Shown here one piece after another: positions 27,445-37,257 of a DNA stretch of 64,000 nt. The translations under genes and the position numbers were made by a program. Source of the DNA: Oceanispirochaeta sp. (GTDB taxonomy: Bacteria > Spirochaetota > Spirochaetia > DSM-2461); contig CAXXXD010000001.1 in assembly GCA_963663385.2 (NCBI GenBank), positions 448,001 to 512,000 of the forward strand, written 5' to 3'. The notes below the pieces were generated by a model, which saw nothing but the letters and a program-made list of their open reading frames with translations, searched no databases and was not told where the DNA came from. Within the stretch, counting starts at the first letter, position 1, and each line of letters begins with the position of its first letter.

Positions 27445-30400
27445 TCAGGATTCATCCAGTTCTTCTATAACCCGGGAAATCCTGTATTCTGATTTACCCA
27501 GGGCATTTTGGAGGTCAATCAGGAATTCTTCAAACAGTTCCTTTTTTACTGACAGGCCCTGGTTGGCAGAAGATCTGAATTGTGCGGCTCCAATAATAGA
27601 AAACCACCAGACAGCCTCTTCCATCCTTTCTTTATTGTACCAGAGGATCCCTTCGTGTTCATTGATTCCAAACCAGTCATAAAAAGATCTATCCTTCAGA
27701 AGAGAAAGGTAAATCTCTCTGAACTGAACAGAAGGTTTTTCCTTTTGATAATTATTAAATGTTTCATAAAAACGGGCCATACGGAAAAGCTGAGAATCAT
27801 CAAGCTTCATTAGCTGAAATGCCTGAACTGCCGGAACAATCAGGGATTCCATAGATGTGAATACAGGTTTTTTCTGTTTTCTGTACTTGTTCAATACTTT
27901 TCGTACAGAGTTAAGATCTTTTGAAAGAGAGGTTATCATGTCCGACATTTCGGGCGACTCTATTATTCCCGAATTAAAAAATTCTCCAATCATAAATATA
28001 GCCGGTTCCAATTCGGCATATTTCAAGGCCTTGTCCAGATTCGGTACACCCTGTTTTCCGATTCTTCTAAGAAGCTTTTCATAAGAGCGCTTTTCATCGT
28101 CCTGTCTCTGTATCACCGGATGAAATACACGGGACTCATATCCGTTTAAATGGATAGGAAAGCCTTCACGAATTAAATCGGAATTTCTATGGATATACCA
28201 GAGACCTTCTTTGCTGTCGAACAGTATTGTATAGTTTGCTTCATTCAGGCCGAGAATCGCTTGAAGGTCCTGAGTCTGTGTGCCGATTCTTTCTCCTGAT
28301 TCATTATTTATAGCCTTGGGAACTTCTTTCTGAATGACACCTTCTGCGGGTTCATAGGAATTATTATAGAATACGATTGTCTGATGTTCATTTTTTGAGT
28401 TTGTAAAGGCATAGACATTTTCGTTTACATTCCAGTCTCCGGATATAAAATCAAAGAGGTGGAATCCTTTTGCACCTGCAAATAGGCTTCTCTTTTTCAT
28501 AATAGGGATTATTTCCCGTCTATGGCGATCCAACAGACTGCTATCGGGGGTTTCATCCCAATAGGCTTTCTTATATTCCATTCCATATTTCTCTTCAAAA
28601 CCTTCAAACTGTCCATGACCAATCATTGGCAGGCCGGGAAGGGTCATCATCAAGGTGCAAACACCAAAATACTTATCCCCTTTTCCAAATTGGGCGACAG
28701 CTGTATCTTCATCCGGATTATTCATGAAATTGACATATCTCTTCATAATCTTCGAATCATAGTCCATCGTCTCTTTCAGCAGCTTCCTGAACTCTTTGTT
28801 GTTTTCCGTTTTCAGTAAATTCATAAAGGCGGAATTGTAAACACGATGCATTCCGAGGTTTCGTACAAAATATCCTTCCATCATCCAGAAAGCTTCCGCC
28901 AGAAGGAGAGTGTCCGGTAGCTCATCAGCAATTCGGTCTACAACTTCCCGCCAGAATTCAATAGGAATTTTCTTTTTAAGCTCATTACTGCTCATGGCAT
29001 ATTCGCTGCGGGACGGGATGGCACCCCCCTTGCCGGGCTCCGGATACCAGAGCCTTTGAATATGCTTACTTGCCAGTGTCATAGCAGCATCAAACCGGAT
29101 AATCGGGAAGTGACGGGCAACATGTAGGATCTGTTGAATTACTGCTTCCCTGATGTGGGGTTCCAGAAAATTTATCTGAGCCGTATCGTTCCAGGGCATC
29201 GTTGTTCCATCGTTGCCGTGGTACATATAAAGGGTATCTCCCGTCATATTGTCTACCCGCTTGAACACAACTGCAGCATCACTTTTCGAATAATATCCGT
29301 CCTCCAGAAAAAGGCTGATCCTGTTATCCTGGGAGAGATTTGGTCCGTTAAAGGTGTAATCCGGAAAGGGGATATCCCGTCGGCTCAGGAAATATTCCGG
29401 GTGGTTGAAAACCCAATCCGAATCCAGTCCGGTATGATTGGGAACCATATCGCTTGCCAGCCGGATACCTCTGTAAAGGGCTCTGTTTTTCAGATCTTCC
29501 AGTGCGCTCCAGCCCCCCAGCACATGAGCAATATCATAGCGGTTTAAGGAGTAGGCTGATGCTTCCGCTTCGGGATTTCCACAGATCCTTTTAATGTTCT
29601 TTGAAGCTATGCTTCTCTCCCATAATCCAATAAGCCATAGTCCGGTTATTCCTTTTTCCGCAAGGTCATCCAGTTCCTCGTCGGGAATTTCATTTAGGGT
29701 AGAGATTGTTCTTTTATACTTGCCAGAAAGCTGATCCAGCCATACATAGGCATTCTTGGCAATTAGAATGATATTTGGCATCCAGTCAGAATCCTGGCTG
29801 AAATTGGCAAAGTCTTTCTCTTGACAGCAGGTAAAATCGATACCTTCAACAGGTCCCGGCCCGCCGCCGCGAAAGTTATGCTCTTCTTTGTGAAAGTCCA
29901 GGGCTGTGAGTATTTCATCAGGGTTGAAAGATATTAAATTTTTCCACTCTTTCATAATAAAAAGAATCTGATTTTCCAGAGAGTCCGGATACCTTTTCAT
30001 CGGTTCCAGCAGCATTTTTACCAGATCAAATCTCTGTGTTATTCCACAGCCGGAAGCATTCATATATCCTCTTAGCTCTTCCAGAATCGTATCCCTGATA
30101 GGACGGGATAGTCTTTGATCGGTAAAAAGGAAACTCATCCCTGAGCAGGCCGGATTTCTGTTATTGAGGTGTACAAGGATACCGTCAGTTAACTTTATAT
30201 TTAATACTAGCTCTGTTTTCAATAATGTCAGAATATCCTGATCTTTCCGGATTAGTCGGGAATCCGGGAAATTCTCAATCAGAGAATTCAGGTAGTCAAT
30301 CCAGTTTTCCGGGGTTTTAAACTCAGGAATTTCCGACAGATCCATCGGCTGACCATCGGACTTTGTGGTCTTGCTGAAGTACTGATCAATCAGTTTTCGG

Positions 30401-30609
30401 GATAGTCTGTTCAACAGGGACAGGAGGTAAAGATCACTGCCGCTGACAGGTTTCCCGGGGGCAATCTGACTATTAATTTTTGCTGCTAAAATACGGGATG
30501 CCTTAAAGTCTGGCAGATTGATCATTCCATCGGGGGGCAGATCCCTTTCTGTATAGGACAACTTCTGCCGGATGGATTTTTCCAAGTAGAATGAATTGCT
30601 TAGTTTCAT
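27445..30609 (-). CDS. Large GH13 alpha-amylase-family protein
   Basis: DMVPNH, IIRFDAAM (nucleophile), LLAEAFW (acid/base), FMNNPDE, TLPGLPMIGHGQ. Confidence 0.88.
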   Translation of the reverse strand: MKLSNSFYLEKSIRQKLSYTERDLPPDGMINLPDFKASRILAAKINSQIAPGKPVSGSDLYLLSLLNRLSRKLIDQYFSKTTKSDGQPMDLSEIPEFKTPENWIDYLNSLIENFPDSRLIRKDQDILTLLKTELVLNIKLTDGILVHLNNRNPACSGMSFLFTDQRLSRPIRDTILEELRGYMNASGCGITQRFDLVKMLLEPMKRYPDSLENQILFIMKEWKNLISFNPDEILTALDFHKEEHNFRGGGPGPVEGIDFTCCQEKDFANFSQDSDWMPNIILIAKNAYVWLDQLSGKYKRTISTLNEIPDEELDDLAEKGITGLWLIGLWERSIASKNIKRICGNPEAEASAYSLNRYDIAHVLGGWSALEDLKNRALYRGIRLASDMVPNHTGLDSDWVFNHPEYFLSRRDIPFPDYTFNGPNLSQDNRISLFLEDGYYSKSDAAVVFKRVDNMTGDTLYMYHGNDGTTMPWNDTAQINFLEPHIREAVIQQILHVARHFPIIRFDAAMTLASKHIQRLWYPEPGKGGAIPSRSEYAMSSNELKKKIPIEFWREVVDRIADELPDTLLLAEAFWMMEGYFVRNLGMHRVYNSAFMNLLKTENNKEFRKLLKETMDYDSKIMKRYVNFMNNPDEDTAVAQFGKGDKYFGVCTLMMTLPGLPMIGHGQFEGFEEKYGMEYKKAYWDETPDSSLLDRHRREIIPIMKKRSLFAGAKGFHLFDFISGDWNVNENVYAFTNSKNEHQTIVFYNNSYEPAEGVIQKEVPKAINNESGERIGTQTQDLQAILGLNEANYTILFDSKEGLWYIHRNSDLIREGFPIHLNGYESRVFHPVIQRQDDEKRSYEKLLRRIGKQGVPNLDKALKYAELEPAIFMIGEFFNSGIIESPEMSDMITSLSKDLNSVRKVLNKYRKQKKPVFTSMESLIVPAVQAFQLMKLDDSQLFRMARFYETFNNYQKEKPSVQFREIYLSLLKDRSFYDWFGINEHEGILWYNKERMEEAVWWFSIIGAAQFRSSANQGLSVKKELFEEFLIDLQNALGKSEYRISRVIEELDES

Positions 30610-30647
30610 AGTCCCTCCGGCATTATCTGTTTTGACGTGTTAGATTA

Positions 30648-31898
30648 TTATAGCTTACTAAAATCTAATGTTGCAAAATAATCTTCAATTGTTTCGGCAC
30701 GTCTGATCTCCCTAAGGGTCCCGTCTTCCTGCAGAAGGAGTTCCGCATGGCGTAATTTCCCGTTATAGTTGAACCCCATGGCATAGCCGTGAGCTCCAGT
30801 GTCATGGATAACGATATAGTCATCCTTTTCTATCAGGGGAAGGCTGCGGTTTATGGCAAATTTATCATTATTTTCACAGAGAGAACCAACCACATCGTAA
30901 ATATGATCGACAGGCATGCCCTCCTTTCCGGGAATTGTAATATGGTGATAGGCTCCGTATATGCCCGGTCGCATCAGGTCGGCCATGCAGGCATCAACTC
31001 CGATATAGTGTTTATAGGTATCTTTTTTATGAATGGCTTTCGTTACCAGATATCCATAAGGACCTGTTATCATTCGGCCGCATTCCATAAAAATTCTGAG
31101 AGACTCTTGACCTGTGCCGGTCAGGGTTTTTTGATAGTACTCCTCAATTCCCTTAGAGACATATTCCAGATCAACCGCTTTATCTTCCGGTTTATAGGGT
31201 ATACCTATTCCTCCTCCCAGATTGATAAACTCGAAACTTATTCCCAGTTCCTCGGATATTTCCCTGACCAGATCAATCAGAAGAACGCCGGTTTCAATAA
31301 AATAGTCAGGATTCAGTTCGTTGGATGCAACCATGGTATGGAGACCGAATCTTTTTACACCCCATTCTGCGGCTTTCCGGTAACCCTCTTTCAACTGTTC
31401 TTTTGTAAAACCGTATTTCGCTTCTTCAGGTGAGCCGATTATGGTATTTCCTTCTTTCAGGGGTCCGGGGTTGTAACGGAAACAGAGGAGTTCCGGCAGT
31501 CCGGGACCATTATGAAGAATTTCGAGATGGCTGATATCATCAAGGTTGATTACGGCTCCCAGTTCCAGAGCTTTTTCATACTCTTCCATGGGTGTTTCGT
31601 TGGAGGTGAACATAATCTCCTCGCCTTTCATTCCGGCCTTTTCGGCCAGAATCAGTTCCGGCAGGGAGGAGCAGTCTGCACCCATTCCAACAGAGTGGAG
31701 CATTTTTAATATATAGGGGTTGGGTAGAGCTTTTACGGCAAAATAATTACGGAAACCGCCGGGTACCCAGTTAAATGCCTTCAGAAAGTAGTCAGCATTG
31801 TTTAAGATGGCTTTTCCGTCATACAGATGAAAAGGGGTCGGGTGACTCCCGTTGATAGATGCTATTTGTTCCTTACTGAAAGGCAGTGTTTTATTCAT
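30648..31898 (-). CDS. lysA: Diaminopimelate decarboxylase
   Basis: TPFHLYD, FAVKALPN, INLGGGIG, ECGRMITGP, RPGIYGAYH, GSLCENND, GAHGYAMGFNYN. Confidence 0.95.
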   Translation of the reverse strand: MNKTLPFSKEQIASINGSHPTPFHLYDGKAILNNADYFLKAFNWVPGGFRNYFAVKALPNPYILKMLHSVGMGADCSSLPELILAEKAGMKGEEIMFTSNETPMEEYEKALELGAVINLDDISHLEILHNGPGLPELLCFRYNPGPLKEGNTIIGSPEEAKYGFTKEQLKEGYRKAAEWGVKRFGLHTMVASNELNPDYFIETGVLLIDLVREISEELGISFEFINLGGGIGIPYKPEDKAVDLEYVSKGIEEYYQKTLTGTGQESLRIFMECGRMITGPYGYLVTKAIHKKDTYKHYIGVDACMADLMRPGIYGAYHHITIPGKEGMPVDHIYDVVGSLCENNDKFAINRSLPLIEKDDYIVIHDTGAHGYAMGFNYNGKLRHAELLLQEDGTLREIRRAETIEDYFATLDFSKL

Positions 31899-32085
31899 GA
31901 GTATCCTCGTCCTTTAAATTTATACACCAGCTGCGGAAAACCGGTTCTGAAATTTTTTTAAGATGATCGTAATCTCTCTCTTCCATCTTCTCCAGAGCAG
32001 CTTTTACCATTTGTAATATTTCGTCAGAGTAACCGCATTCCTGTGCTCTCAAGTGTATATAATCAATACTTTCCTGTTTTGTCAT
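31891..32085 (-). CDS. Small hypothetical protein overlapping the lysA start
   Basis: 64-aa ORF with an 8-nt overlap with lysA, suggesting translational coupling. Confidence 0.55.
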   Translation of the reverse strand: MTKQESIDYIHLRAQECGYSDEILQMVKAALEKMEERDYDHLKKISEPVFRSWCINLKDEDTHE

Positions 32086-32241
32086 TTTCGGCTCTTAGTG
32101 AATTGATTTTAAATATTGTAAGATAAAACAGAACATATGGGAATACTCGGAAATCCTTCTGGAGCTACTGTTTTCTATTTCATTTCAGGACAGCTTTCAG
32201 TACAATAAACTGACAAAACATGCACTTAAAAGGAATATGAT

Positions 32242-33225
32242 ATGAAATATATGATGAAGGCTGTCGTTTGCAGTGCCGTCCTCCTGTTCCTGACAGGGTG
32301 TTCCGGCTCTCTTTATCCTGTCTTTATTGATGAAAAAGTCGGGTACATCAATAAAAAGGGTGAAGAAGTTGTTTCTCCTCTTTTTGATAAGGGGGACCAT
32401 TTTTCCGAAGGTCTTGCCATCGTATCCCTCAATGAGAAGCTGGGCTACATTAATTCCCGCGGTGAACTGGCTATCGACCATCAGTTTGATCAGGCGTCTC
32501 CCTTTCATGAAGGACTGGCACTGGTTGTAGTGGATGAAAAGGTGGGTTATATCAATACCAGGGGAGAATATATTGTGGAACCGGTCTATATCAGGGGCGG
32601 GAATTTCTCCGAAGGCCGGGCTTCTGTCCGGACGGAGGATGAAAAAACCTACCTGATTGATAAAAAAGGCAGACAGATTAAAGAGATCTCCTTTGAGTAT
32701 CTTGGAGAATTCCATGATGGTCTGGCTTTAATAATCCGAAATGGTTTATGCGGATTTATAGATAAGAACGGTGAGGTTGCTATAGAGCCTCAATTTGAAT
32801 ATGCAGGCAGTTTTTCCAATGGTCTGGCCCTGATAGTTCAGGATGGGAAGGGTGGTTATCTGGACAGGAAGGGGACAGTTCGAATTGAACCCCGATTCTT
32901 CTATTCTGGAGACTTTTCAGATGACCGGGCTCTCTTCGTCGATGAGGAGAAAGCGGGTTTCATTGATTTGAAGGGGAATGTGGCTATTCCGGCACAGTAC
33001 GCTTTTGCCGGTAGCTTTTCAGAGGGGCTGGCCAAAGTTCAGGTCGGTGAGAAAATGGGCTTTATCGATAATAAAGGAGAAATGGTGATTCCGGCAGATT
33101 TCGAATACGGAGAAGATTTTCATGAGGGTCTGGCCATGATGGTTCGGGACGGCGCGATAGTTTATATCGATAGAAAAGGAAGAATTGTCTGGTCCGGCGG
33201 AACAGAGGATAAAGAGGGGGAGTGA
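32242..33225 (+). CDS. WG-repeat (WG_beta_rep) lipoprotein
   Basis: Lipobox FLTGC; repeated F(S/H)EGLA.V....K.G(Y/F)I(N/D)..G...I units. Confidence 0.88.
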   Translation: MKYMMKAVVCSAVLLFLTGCSGSLYPVFIDEKVGYINKKGEEVVSPLFDKGDHFSEGLAIVSLNEKLGYINSRGELAIDHQFDQASPFHEGLALVVVDEKVGYINTRGEYIVEPVYIRGGNFSEGRASVRTEDEKTYLIDKKGRQIKEISFEYLGEFHDGLALIIRNGLCGFIDKNGEVAIEPQFEYAGSFSNGLALIVQDGKGGYLDRKGTVRIEPRFFYSGDFSDDRALFVDEEKAGFIDLKGNVAIPAQYAFAGSFSEGLAKVQVGEKMGFIDNKGEMVIPADFEYGEDFHEGLAMMVRDGAIVYIDRKGRIVWSGGTEDKEGE

Positions 33226-34226
33226 TGGACGAAATTACTATCCGTAAACCCGATGACTTTCACCTGCACCTGAGGCAGGGGGAAAATATGGGAGAATATG
33301 TCAGGCAGAGCAGCCGCTGTTTTGAAAGAGCTCTTATTATGCCTAACATCATCCCACCTGTTTGTGATTCAGTTTCCCTTCTCCGCTATAAAAAGAGTAT
33401 TCTCACAGAGGCTGAAAATTTCAAACCCCTTATGACTTTTAAAATCCTTCCTGATATGAAGGCTGAAAATATAAAACCCCTGAAAGAAGCCGGTGCTGTT
33501 GCGGGAAAACTGTACCCGGCGGGAGCAACCACAAATGCTGAGGATGGTGTGACGTCTCTGGACCAGATAAAGGATGTTCTTTCTGCCATGGAAGAGGAGG
33601 GACTTATCCTCAGTATCCATGGAGAGGATCCGGAAGCGTCCATCCTTGAAAGGGAACAGGCGTACCTCCCGGAGCTGTCTAAGATTGCATCATCCTTCGG
33701 GTCTCTCAAAGTAGTTCTGGAACACCTCTCAAATAGGGAAAGCCTGGATTTTCTTAATGATCTGCCCGAAACCTTTGCAGGAACCATAACAGTACACCAC
33801 CTGCTATTTACACTGGACGATCTGATGGGAGGAGCCCTTAAGACTCATCTGTTCTGTAAGCCGGTCGTTAAGTCGGAGAAGGACCGGAAGGCTCTGGCTG
33901 ATGCTGTCCTGAGTGAAAACCCGCGGCTGTTCTTCGGTTCAGACAGTGCGCCTCACAGGAAGTGTGATAAAGAGAACGGAACGGCCAGCGCCGGTGTTTT
34001 TACTTCACCTGTCGCTTTGCCCCTGCTGGCGGATTTCTTTGCTAGAGAAGGCTGTCTGGATCGCCTGGAGGGATTTGTCAGTATTCGTGGAGCAGAATTC
34101 TATGATCTGCCTCTTAACAGGGATAATATAACCCTGTTAAGGGCCTCCTGGATTGTCCCGGAGCTGATAGGAGGCGCTGTACCTCTGATGGCCGGACAGG
34201 AGCTGGCCTGGAGGGTTCTCTCATAA
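33225..34226 (+). CDS. pyrC: Dihydroorotase (homodimeric, E. coli type)
   Basis: DDFHLHLR, MPN, KLYPAGATTN, IHGE, LEHLS, CKPVVK, GSDSAPH. Confidence 0.93.
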   Translation: MDEITIRKPDDFHLHLRQGENMGEYVRQSSRCFERALIMPNIIPPVCDSVSLLRYKKSILTEAENFKPLMTFKILPDMKAENIKPLKEAGAVAGKLYPAGATTNAEDGVTSLDQIKDVLSAMEEEGLILSIHGEDPEASILEREQAYLPELSKIASSFGSLKVVLEHLSNRESLDFLNDLPETFAGTITVHHLLFTLDDLMGGALKTHLFCKPVVKSEKDRKALADAVLSENPRLFFGSDSAPHRKCDKENGTASAGVFTSPVALPLLADFFAREGCLDRLEGFVSIRGAEFYDLPLNRDNITLLRASWIVPELIGGAVPLMAGQELAWRVLS

Positions 34227-34253
34227 CAGGGAATTCTATAAAATGAGGATATT

Positions 34254-35000
34254 ATGATAATTATACCAGCAATAGATCTACTGGACGGCCAATGCGTCCG
34301 CCTGCTTAAAGGTGATTACAACAAGGTCAGTTCTTACGAAAAGAACCCCACGGTTATAGCTTCCCGGTTTCAGGAAATGGGCGTTCGCCGTCTGCACCTG
34401 GTAGACCTGGATGCGGCCAGGGGACAGGGGAAAAACAATAGAGAGAATATCCGGGCTATTCGCAAAGTGTTTACCGGTTTGATTGAAGTGGGCGGCGGCG
34501 TCCGGACAGAGGATGATATCAGAGAGCTTCTTGATGCCGGTGTTGATCGGCTTATTGTCGGTACCGTTCTGGCGAAAGATCCGGATCTTGTGGCATTTTG
34601 GATAAAAAAATATGGCCCCGTATTTATTGCCGGAATTGATGCGCTCAATGGAAAGGTTAAGGTTTCCGGTTGGGAAGAGGGTTCCACTCTGGGAGACGAA
34701 GTCCTTTCTGTAAAATGTGCAGAGATGGGTATCGGGAATATTATTTATACAAATATCGCCAAGGACGGGACCCTGGACGGGCCGGACCTGGAACGAACCA
34801 GCCGGATAGCCGAAGTTTCGGGGCTGGCCGTAACCCTTTCCGGAGGGATCAGTTCGGATGAAGATCTGGATTTTGTCTGCCGGGAAGGTCATGCCGGAAT
34901 CCGCGGGATTATAACAGGAAAGGCCTATTATGAAGGCCGGATAGATATAGAGGCGGTTATCGAGAAATATCAGAGTAAAGATGAGGAGATAGACTGGTGA
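34254..35000 (+). CDS. hisA: ProFAR isomerase
   Basis: IIPAIDLLDGQCVRL, LHLVDLDAA, EVGGGVR, YTNIAKDGTLDGPD, SGGIS. Confidence 0.95.
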   Translation: MIIIPAIDLLDGQCVRLLKGDYNKVSSYEKNPTVIASRFQEMGVRRLHLVDLDAARGQGKNNRENIRAIRKVFTGLIEVGGGVRTEDDIRELLDAGVDRLIVGTVLAKDPDLVAFWIKKYGPVFIAGIDALNGKVKVSGWEEGSTLGDEVLSVKCAEMGIGNIIYTNIAKDGTLDGPDLERTSRIAEVSGLAVTLSGGISSDEDLDFVCREGHAGIRGIITGKAYYEGRIDIEAVIEKYQSKDEEIDW

Positions 35001-35575
35001 GTCAGGGAATCGTACTGCCTCTGGTAGTAAACATTCAGGGTGGGAAAACAGGCGGTGCCCTGATGAATGACAAGAGCTATTCCAAGAGCAGAGAGAATGG
35101 AGTTCTATGGGTTTGTCACCCTGAAACAGGTCGTATCCTACCCTATAAAAAGGATCCTCATTTTATTATCCTTGAAAAAAGGACAAACTACTACTATGCA
35201 GAACTGGAAGAAGGGGCTTCGGAGGATGCCTATGATTTTGTTCTGGAATCGGTAGATGTGGAAAATCATGCTTCCGTTTCTCTCAGTACGGCAGATGATG
35301 AACATAGCGATATCCTGTCTCATTTAACAGATACGATTGCCAAACGCCACAGGGAGATGCCGGAGGGATCCTATACAACCCATCTTTTTCAGAAAGGTTC
35401 GGAAAAAATCCGGAAAAAAGCCGGAGAAGAAGCGATTGAACTGGTATTGGCTAAAACAAAGGAAGATCTTATCTATGAATCAGCCGATCTGATCTATCAT
35501 CTGATGGTTCTGCTGGAAGAGGAAGGGCTGTCTATTCAGGATGTTCTGCTGGAACTGAAAAAGCGGGACAGCTGA
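34997..35575 (+). CDS. hisE: Phosphoribosyl-ATP diphosphatase with a degenerate HisI-like N-terminus
   Basis: C-terminal GSYTTHLF, KKAGEEAIE, ESADLIYHLMVLL. Confidence 0.9.
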   Translation: MSQGIVLPLVVNIQGGKTGGALMNDKSYSKSRENGVLWVCHPETGRILPYKKDPHFIILEKRTNYYYAELEEGASEDAYDFVLESVDVENHASVSLSTADDEHSDILSHLTDTIAKRHREMPEGSYTTHLFQKGSEKIRKKAGEEAIELVLAKTKEDLIYESADLIYHLMVLLEEEGLSIQDVLLELKKRDS

Positions 35576-35592
35576 GGAAACCTTCATTCCCG

Positions 35593-35618
35593 CCCTTTTT
35601 CTCCCAAAGGGAGAAGGG
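35593..35618. repeat. CCC..TCTCCC/GGGAGA..GGG palindromic REP-like element
   Basis: CCCTTTTTCTCCC-aaa-GGGAGAAGGG; a related hairpin lies at 54482-54522. Confidence 0.4.
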
Positions 35619-35639
35619 TTAAATTTTTTCTGAAAATGC

Positions 35640-35672
35640 AAAAGCCGGGTCCCCAGGGATTCCGGCTTTTTT
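35640..35672. terminator. Bidirectional terminator between hisE and nfnB
   Basis: AAAAGCCGG...CCGGCTTTTTT. Confidence 0.8.
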
Positions 35673-35743
35673 ATAGTTAAATTTATCTTGATGAATAACT
35701 CCCAAACCTGATTCAAGGTCTCACTCGACGCCTACGAAGGAGA

Positions 35744-35765
35744 GGTTCCTGAGCGAAGTCGAAGG
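35744..35765. repeat. Single arm of a REP-like repeat (CTGAGCGAAGTCGAAG type)
   Basis: GGTTCCTGAGCGAAGTCGAAGG next to the nfnB stop; the motif type is recognised from memory. Confidence 0.45.
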
Positions 35766-35766
35766 A

Positions 35767-37257
35767 TTATTTTTCCGACAATACTTTATTCATGGCGGCG
35801 GCGGCTCTCCGGCCGTCACCCATTGCCAGGATTACTGTAGCAGCACCCTGAGAGATGTCTCCTCCGGCATAAACCATATCAAGAGATGTCTTCTGGTTCT
35901 CATCCACCACAACTGTTCCCCAATCTGTAAACTCCAGGCCGGGAGTTGTCTGCTGGATTAAAGGGTTGGAGGCGTTGCCGATGGCAGGGATACAGGTTTC
36001 AACCTCAATTTCAAATTCGCTCCCTTTGATGGGGACTGGCCGTCTTCTGCCGGAATCATCCGGTTCTCCCAGTTCAAATCTCTGACACTCAATGGCTCTG
36101 ACTCTGCCGGTTTCATCACCCAGAATCCTGACAGGGCTGGTAAGCATGTCAAAAATAACGCCCTCCTCCCTGGCGTGGTGAACTTCTTCCACACGGGCGG
36201 GCATCTCTTTTTCTGTCCGGCGGTAGATAATATGAACCTCTTCCGCTCCAAGACGTACTGCCGTACGGGCCGCATCCATAGCTACGTTGCCTCCGCCGAA
36301 AACCGCCACTTTTTTAGTCCTGTAGATGGGGGTTTCAGAGTTTTTTTCATCATAGGCTTTCATCAGGTTGGAACGGGTAAGGTATTCATTCGCCGAGAAT
36401 ACACCAACAAGGTTTTCTCCCTCTATGTGCATGAACTTGGGAAGACCGGCTCCTGTTGATATATATACGGCATCAAAACCGTCTTTTTCCATCAGATCTT
36501 TCAGTTTTCGGGTCCGTCCGACAAGGAAGCTGGTTTTTACCTCCACTCCCATTTCAATAAGTCCCTGAACTTCCAGTTCTACAATGCTTTTGGGCAGACG
36601 GAATTCCGGTATCCCATAGACCGTTACTCCGCCGGGTTTATGAAATGCTTCAAAAATGGTTACGCCATGTCCGGCTTTTCTGAGATCCGCTGCTGCGGTT
36701 AATCCGGAGGGGCCGCTGCCGATGATGGCAACCCTTTTACCTGTATCCGGTGCGCATTCCGGAGGCGTTACAGCATTATTCTCCCTTTCCCAGTCTGCCA
36801 GGTAGCGTTCAATACGGCCTATGGCAACGGACTGTTCCGGGTCTTTCAGGATTTTTCCCAGAGTACACTGCTCCATACACTGTTTTTCCTGAGGACAGAC
36901 ACGGCCGCAGATAGCGGGAAGCATACTGCTCTCTTTTATGACTCCGATCGCTTCTGAAAATTCACCTTTTCCCGAATGCCTGATAAAACGGGGTATATCA
37001 ATGCTGACAGGGCATCCTTTGATACAGGGGGCATTTTTGCACTGCAGACAGCGCTGGGATTCAACAATAACCTGCTCTTCCCAGTATCCCAGAGCTACCT
37101 CTTCCATATTATTCCTTCTGATGGAAGGATCCTGAGACGGCATGTCCTGCTGGGGGATCTCTCTTCTCTCTTTGGCAGTCAGGTCTTTTCCCTTCAGTCG
37201 TTCTGCAAGGACCGATGCTTCTTTATGTAATTCATCAGGTGTTTTGAATTCGCTCAT
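35767..37257 (-). CDS. nfnB: NfnB/SudA (GltD-like) large subunit of the NADH-dependent reduced ferredoxin:NADP+ oxidoreductase
   Basis: RCLQCKNAPCIKGCPV, CGRVCPQEKQC, GSGPSGL, YGIPEFRLP, GGGNVAMD, AGGD...GAATVILAMGDG. Confidence 0.88.
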   Translation of the reverse strand: MSEFKTPDELHKEASVLAERLKGKDLTAKERREIPQQDMPSQDPSIRRNNMEEVALGYWEEQVIVESQRCLQCKNAPCIKGCPVSIDIPRFIRHSGKGEFSEAIGVIKESSMLPAICGRVCPQEKQCMEQCTLGKILKDPEQSVAIGRIERYLADWERENNAVTPPECAPDTGKRVAIIGSGPSGLTAAADLRKAGHGVTIFEAFHKPGGVTVYGIPEFRLPKSIVELEVQGLIEMGVEVKTSFLVGRTRKLKDLMEKDGFDAVYISTGAGLPKFMHIEGENLVGVFSANEYLTRSNLMKAYDEKNSETPIYRTKKVAVFGGGNVAMDAARTAVRLGAEEVHIIYRRTEKEMPARVEEVHHAREEGVIFDMLTSPVRILGDETGRVRAIECQRFELGEPDDSGRRRPVPIKGSEFEIEVETCIPAIGNASNPLIQQTTPGLEFTDWGTVVVDENQKTSLDMVYAGGDISQGAATVILAMGDGRRAAAAMNKVLSEK

